Shown here: piece by piece, positions 58,511 through 64,000 of the stretch
How positions within the stretch are numbered: position 1 is the first letter of the stretch
Layout: every line of letters starts with the position of its first letter
Assembly: GCF_030144855.1 (NCBI RefSeq)
Contig: NC_082714.1
Coordinates: 21,886,001-21,950,000, forward strand
Origin: Hypanus sabinus
Lineage: Eukaryota
Direction of reading: 5' to 3'
DNA length: 64,000 nucleotides
Made by a program: the position numbers and the translations under genes
The notes under the pieces: model-generated
What the model saw: the letters and a program-made list of their open reading frames with translations, nothing else
Databases searched by the model: none
Told to the model about the DNA's origin: nothing

Positions 58511-59269
58511 GATGTGTTGTGTGCCATAACACTTGGCAGACATATGCCGAGGATTAGCTTACTTTAACTGGGGGGCAAAGCATTTTTAATTGTACTGCAT
58601 GCCTAAGCAATGAGAGTTGTAACGTAGGTTACATTGACCTTCATAGAAATGCATTTCAAAAATTAATGCAGATGCTTAAAGTACAGATTTAAATTTATCA
58701 CGTGCATTGAAGCATACAGTGAAATGTCTCATGCATTAACAACCAACACACCCAAGAACGTACTGGGGGAAGACTGCAAGTGTTGCCACACATTCCGGTG
58801 CCAACGTAGCATTCCCACAATGCTTGGCAGAACACAGTGCAAAATCCCCAGCAAAAGCTGTGAAATAAGCCCAATTCCTCCTTTGCTTCCCTAACTCACC
58901 CACATACATTGTCTAACCCCACGACAGGCCTTTTTCTTCAGCCTCCATCAGACTCATGAATTCACAGATACTGGGTCCTAGCGGATTCGCAGACCTGGTC
59001 TCCAGCCATCATGTCTTGACTTCTGATCAACCTTCGGGCTTTGATCTGTACCTCTGGTTGACTTTTGGGTTTTGATCCATATATTTAAAAAAAAATGCAA
59101 ATCAGCTAACAGCTGTGGTGAGAGAAACATAATAATTCAGGTCTATGACTTTGCTGTGGAAGTGTCAGAAAACACATGTATTTTTAACTCCCAGAGGGTG
59201 GAGGCAGTAAAGGGAAAATGTCTGAAATTTAGAGACCAAGAGGGAAAAAACTGACATAGTTTTGTGTTT

Positions 59270-60618
59270 GTAAAGTGAGGGTACTGAAGGTTAATGATCA
59301 ATACTTCGAAAGCCAAGATTATCCTCCCACCCACTGGCTTCCTGCAAGGACTCCATGCCATTCTCCCAGTTTCTTTGGGGTCAGTTGCAGTATTCTGAGG
59401 ATTATACGCTCATGTTATTGCTTCTGAGATATCTTCATATTTTTCTTACCTCTCTTCCTTAACGTGATTGACAGGACACTTGACCACATCACTTCCATTT
59501 TCTGTACTTCTGTTCACTTATAGCAAGACTAAGGTTAAGCTTCCCCATGTGGAGTCATAGAGAAGTGTAGCACAGAAACAAGCCCTTCTGCCCATCTAGT
59601 CCATACTGAAACTATATAAACTGTCTACTCCCATCTATCTGCACCGGGGCCATAGCCTCCATGACCCTACTATCCATCTACCTATCCAAACATATCTTAA
59701 CTGTTCAAATCAAGCTTGCATGCACCACCTGTGCTGGCAGCTTGTTCCACACTCTCATAATCCTCTTGAGTGAAGAAGGTTCCCCTCATGTTCCCCTTAA
59801 ACTTCTCACCTTTCACCCTTATGCCATGACCTCTGGTTATAATCTCATCCGACCTCAGTGAAAAAAAGCCTGCTTGCATTTACCCTGTCTATACCACTCA
59901 TAATTTTGTATACTTCTATCAAATCTCCTCTCAGTCTTTTACATTCTAAAGTAAGCAGTCCTAACCTATTCAATCTTTCTTTATAACTTGGGTCCTCCAC
60001 GCCTGACAACATCCTTGTAATCTGGCGTCACCAGCACGTCTGTGATTTAGGGACCAAGAGGTTAAAATGACATGATTTGTGTTGGCAAATTGAGGGAAGG
60101 TTGGTTACTAATCATTTAAAAGTCTGGAGAATCTCCACCCTACTTCCTGCAAGAACTCCCTTCCATCTTCCCAGTTTTTTTGGGTCAGTTGCCTTTTTTT
60201 GACAATATATTCATACCAGTACTTCTGCGATATCTTCACTTTTTTCTTACCTGTCCTTTTTAACGTGGTTGGCAGGACACCTTGGTACATCTTCTCTTCC
60301 TGTCCCTTTTTAGTACCCCAAGGGGACTGATCCCTCCCATGTCTCTGGTTTATTCTTCTATCTCCTCAATACCCTCTCTTCGAGTGGCACCTTCGTATTG
60401 GATCTACAGGAGATGCCACACCTGTTGTTCCCTTCTTTCAGTCCTAAGAACCAGACTCTTCCAGGTTTACACAATTGCACTTCCAATTTAGCATACTATA
60501 TTGAATCTTGACAACATGGTCTTTACATCAGAGATTAAACTCATCTTAGACAACCACTTTGTATACCTTCATTCATTCTGTAACACGGTGACCAAAGCTT
60601 TCAGTAGTTTGGCCTTTT
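59270..60618 (+). mobile_element. Highly decayed Penelope-like element ORF remnant (RT C-terminus plus GIY-YIG), duplicated and interrupted by CR1
   Basis: ~60482-60535 reads SNLAYYIES*QHGLYI, resembling the PLE GIY-YIG motif SNxVYxIxC..CG..YIGET. Confidence 0.5.
59550..60020 (-). mobile_element. CR1 LINE 3' end
   Basis: TRGHGIRVKGEKFKGNMRGTFF; similar to the copy at 15250. Confidence 0.8.
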
Positions 60619-61420
60619 ATTAGAATCAGGTTTTTCATCACCAGTATGTGACACGAAATTTGTTAACTTAGCAGAAGCAGTTCAATGCAATACATAATCT
60701 AGCAGAGAGAGAGAAAAAAAATAATAATAATAAATAAGTAAATCAATTACAGTATACAGATATTAAAGAGATTTTAAAAATGTGCAGAAAAACAGAAGTA
60801 CTGTATATTTTAAAGAAGTGAGATAGTGTCGCAAGGGTTCAATGTCTATTTAGGAATCGGATGGCAGAGGGAAAGAAGCTGTTTCTGGATTGTTGAGTGT
60901 GTGCCTTCAGGCTTCTGTATCTCCTACCTAATGGTAACAGTGAGAAAAGGGCATGCCCTGGATGCTGGAAGTCTCTAATAATGGAAGCTGACTTTCTGAG
61001 ACACCGCTTCCTGAGGATGTCCTGAGTACTTTGTAGGCTAGTACCCAAGATGGAGCTGACTAGATTTACAACCCTCTGCAGCTTCTTTCAGTCCTGTGCA
61101 GTAGCCCACCCCCCCACCCCATACCAGACAGTGACACTGCCTGTCAAAATGCTCTCCATGGTACAACTTTATAAGTTTTTGAGTGTATTTGTCGACATGC
61201 CAAATCTCTTCAAACTCCAAATTAGGTACAGCTGCTGTCTTGCCTTCTTTATGACTGCATCGATATGTTGGGACCAGGATAGATCCTCAGATCTTGACAC
61301 GCAGGAACTTGAAACTGCGCACTCTATCCACTTCTGATCCTGCTATGAGGATTAGTATGTGCTCCTTTGTCTTACCCTTCTTGAAGTCCACAATCAACTC
61401 TTACTGATGTTGAGTGCCAA
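60619..61420 (-). mobile_element. Rex1/Babar-type LINE 3' portion
   Basis: KRCLRKSASIIRDFQHPGHALFSLLPLGRRYRSLKAHT..RNSFFPSAIRFLN; tail aaacctgattct. Confidence 0.85.
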
Positions 61421-62033
61421 GTCCATTATAAACACAAGACTTAGAAAATAATCAATGGTGTTAGAGAGAGTCGAAGTAGAGTATTGAAGGAGAAATTGTT
61501 TGACAAACCGAGACTTTTATGAGCATGTATTAGATGAAACATAATGGGGATGGTGGGTGTGGTTCACTTGGTTTATTGGAAACTGTTTGATAAAATCTCT
61601 TTTAAAATGTTGACATATAAAATTAAATCATGTGGTTTGATGGTATTCGTTTGATATAGATTGAATAATTGACAGATGGAAATCAAGCGAGGAATAAATA
61701 TCAGTAATTGAGCTGAGCTATTCATAATATCAATCAATGATTTTGGTGAGTGAATTTCAAAGTTTATCAACAACACAACTGGGTGGAGTTGTGGAGAGGA
61801 TGCAAAGGGGCTTCAAGGTGATTGAGTGGACAAGTACATCACAGATGCAATAATGGACATATTTGAAGTAATTGACAGGAAAATCAGGAAGTGTTTAAAT
61901 AATGAAAATATTGATGTAAAGGGGTATTGGGGTGTTTTTGCGTGACAATCATGAAATCAAATCACCAAGTGCATTAAGCTGGACTGATTCCTAGTTGTTG
62001 GAACTAACATATCAGAGTCTGGGTCAACTAGAA

Positions 62034-62098
62034 TAGTGGTTCCCAACCTTTTTCATGCCATGGCACCAATACCATGGACCCCAGGTTGGGAAACCCTG
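62034..62098. mobile_element. 65-bp hAT(Charlie)-like mini-element
   Basis: TIRs tagtggttcccaacct / aggttgggaaaccctg; no matching 8-bp TSD seen. Confidence 0.5.
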
Positions 62099-62257
62099 TG
62101 TTCAAGTTTAGAAGAACAAAAGGAAACCTCATTGAAATGTATAAATTCGATGGTGTGTGACAGATTTAATTCAGGGTGGATGCTTTCCCTTTTGACGGCA
62201 GAGTTTTAGTATCGGTCTAAGAATAACACTTTTAAGACCGAGATTAGGAAAAATATT

Positions 62258-62446
62258 AAGCAAGAGAAAATCTGCAGATGATGGAAATCTAAACAATGTA
62301 CACAAAGTGCTGGAGGAACTCAGCAGGCCAGGTTGCATCAATGGAAAAAAAAGTACAGTCGAGGTTTCGGGCCATAATGTCAACTGCAACTTTCATAGAT
62401 GCTGCCCGGCCTGCTGGGTTCCTCCAGCATTTTGTGAGTATTGTTT
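62258..62446. mobile_element. Fold-back Penelope-derived insert with perfect 11-bp TSD
   Basis: TSD ggaaaaatatt at 62247-62257 and 62447-62457; inverted arms meeting inside the hammerhead motif. Confidence 0.8.
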
Positions 62447-63821
62447 GGAAAAATATTCTTCACTGAGGTTTGTGATCCTGTAGAATTCTCTTAACACAAC
62501 AAGCCTGTGGAGTCAAAGCACCGAAGATATAAATACATTTCTGGGCATAAAGTGCATTAAAGGGTTTGATTGGAGAGCAGAAAAGGCCAATGGCTGGTAC
62601 TGTTTTTTCAGTGATTTCTGACTTCTAGTTTTGACGAATCAATAGCTTCTCCCTCCTTAGATGCTGCCTTACCTGCTGAATGTTTCCGGAATGATTTTCT
62701 TTTATGTTAAGTAATACACAATGTGTTCACTTTTTTCTTCTTGTTCTTTTCTGCATTATTTCAGTGCTTGTATGCATTACCTTTTATCTTTTAAAATCAC
62801 TCAGTTCTGAAGTTAACAAGCCCCACCACTTATTGACAAAATCTCTTCTAAACTGCATGTCATCAGAAGAAAATGCTCCTTTTATTTTATCCTACAATGC
62901 ATCAGTCCTTCTTTCTGATCTTCACATCAATATCTGATCAAGGACTGACTGTATTGCTGCTGAGGTAATCATTCTAGTTTATCTTTTACTTGAACAGAAA
63001 ACAGTTTGTCTAATTCTTGTTACTGAGCTCCGTGTCAAAGTTCGAAGTAGACTACTGAACTACAAAGCTCATAGGTCTGAAGAATAACTAAGTCATGCAA
63101 GTAATAAACACAGATGATATTTTGTACCATTACAGTAGACACTGCACTTTAGATTTCAATGAGACCTAAAGTGATAGAGTAATCATAGATTGGCACAGAA
63201 ACTTAGTGCACAGCTTAGATTTGGCAGGATAAGAGTGCAGCATGGGGATTATACTGTTGAGATGGACTAATGATATTTGCATTGGGGAACATGTAAATAG
63301 ATTTCAACTTTTAAAAAAGAATAATTACAGAAAATAATCAACTAAAGATTTTTTATTTGTGCAGGATATAGTACTTGAGATACAGCACAAGTAATTTTAT
63401 CTTTTTAAGAGAAATTGAAGGTTAGACTGGATCTAGTTAAGGGTCACAACAGAAGTTTTGTCTGTTGTATTTGATGGAGGAACAGAGTAATGAAGCAGGT
63501 TCTATTTCTATTGCATAATTTGGAAGTGGCTGTTTTTAGTTGTGGAAATTTGTTTAGTAGAAGTGATATTCAAAACTTCCTACTCTGTCCGTGGCTGTCC
63601 ACTAAGAACAAAATTGTGTGATGTCCCTATTTTTTGATCATCATTTCTTTATAATGTAAAGATTTAAAATGTTTATTTCTCAGAGCTTGGTTATTGTATT
63701 ATTTTAGTGATTTTAATTATGTGTTCCAGTTCATTGTTGCCACCTTAATCTGGAAATGAAAGCACTCTCAACCCCAAATTATGTTTGTGATAAGGATTAC
63801 TTGCTTTATGGAATATTTCAG

Positions 63822-63893
63822 GAAGAAGAATTTAAATGGTTGTTGCGTGAAGAAGTTCATGCTGTCCTGAAACAGCTGAAAGACATTCTTAAG
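63822..63893 (+). CDS. ROGDI: ROGDI exon 2 ([24 protein letters not shown]); the gene continues off the right edge
   Basis: CAG acceptor; donor AAG|GTATGA; 72 nt; matches human [24 protein letters not shown]. Confidence 0.94.
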
Positions 63894-64000
63894 GTATGAT
63901 ATTCTTACTTCGATCTTTGCAGAGGAAACTTGGTGGCTCTTTTACACATGACCCACCATTTTTTGTTCGCATATGGAAACATTTTCTCAACTTCCATTTT

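Larger units (their letters stand above)
61440..62580 (+). mobile_element. Old CR1 LINE remnant hosting two nested inserts
   Basis: Decayed CR1 RT and 3' motifs (aaacctcattgaaatgtataaa; tttaagaccgagattaggaaaaatattcttcactga once the insert is removed). Confidence 0.55.

Noticed and set aside
1-64000. CRISPR arrays, prokaryotic defence operons, rRNA or snoRNA genes
   Set aside because: The sequence is a spliced vertebrate locus. No regularly spaced repeat-spacer array, rRNA similarity or convincing C/D or H/ACA box structure was recognised by eye.

Overview
Eukaryotic, AT-rich, repeat-dense vertebrate DNA, most likely from a cartilaginous fish (inferred from the CR1, V-SINE, Rex1 and Penelope repeat families). 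The window covers the conserved UBN1 <- -> GLYR1 -> ROGDI block. (1) The first coding exon of UBN1 lies on the minus strand (3443-3664). (2) A complete 16-exon GLYR1/N-PAC gene lies on the plus strand (4101-51796). All introns are GT-AG and the 1515-nt CDS gives 504 aa: PWWP domain, AT-hook, LSD2-binding [11 protein letters not shown] peptide and a catalytically dead beta-hydroxyacid-dehydrogenase domain. It shares a ~440-bp CpG-rich bidirectional promoter with UBN1. (3) The first two coding exons of ROGDI follow (57341-57376, 63822-63893). Introns are filled with decayed CR1, Rex1/Babar and RTE LINEs, SINEs, Tc1, Tigger and hAT remnants. The most notable non-genic signal is a family of short Penelope-derived elements carrying minimal hammerhead-ribozyme motifs. 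One core is intact (18595-18632), and several copies form fold-back inverted pairs flanked by target-site duplications. Also notable are a twin-priming-like 5'-inverted and internally shuffled RTE LINE, strong-context uORFs on both sides of the bidirectional promoter, and recurrent poly-C expansion at one homologous CR1 position. Gene and family identities rest on recalled homologues; no database search was run, and repeat boundaries are approximate.
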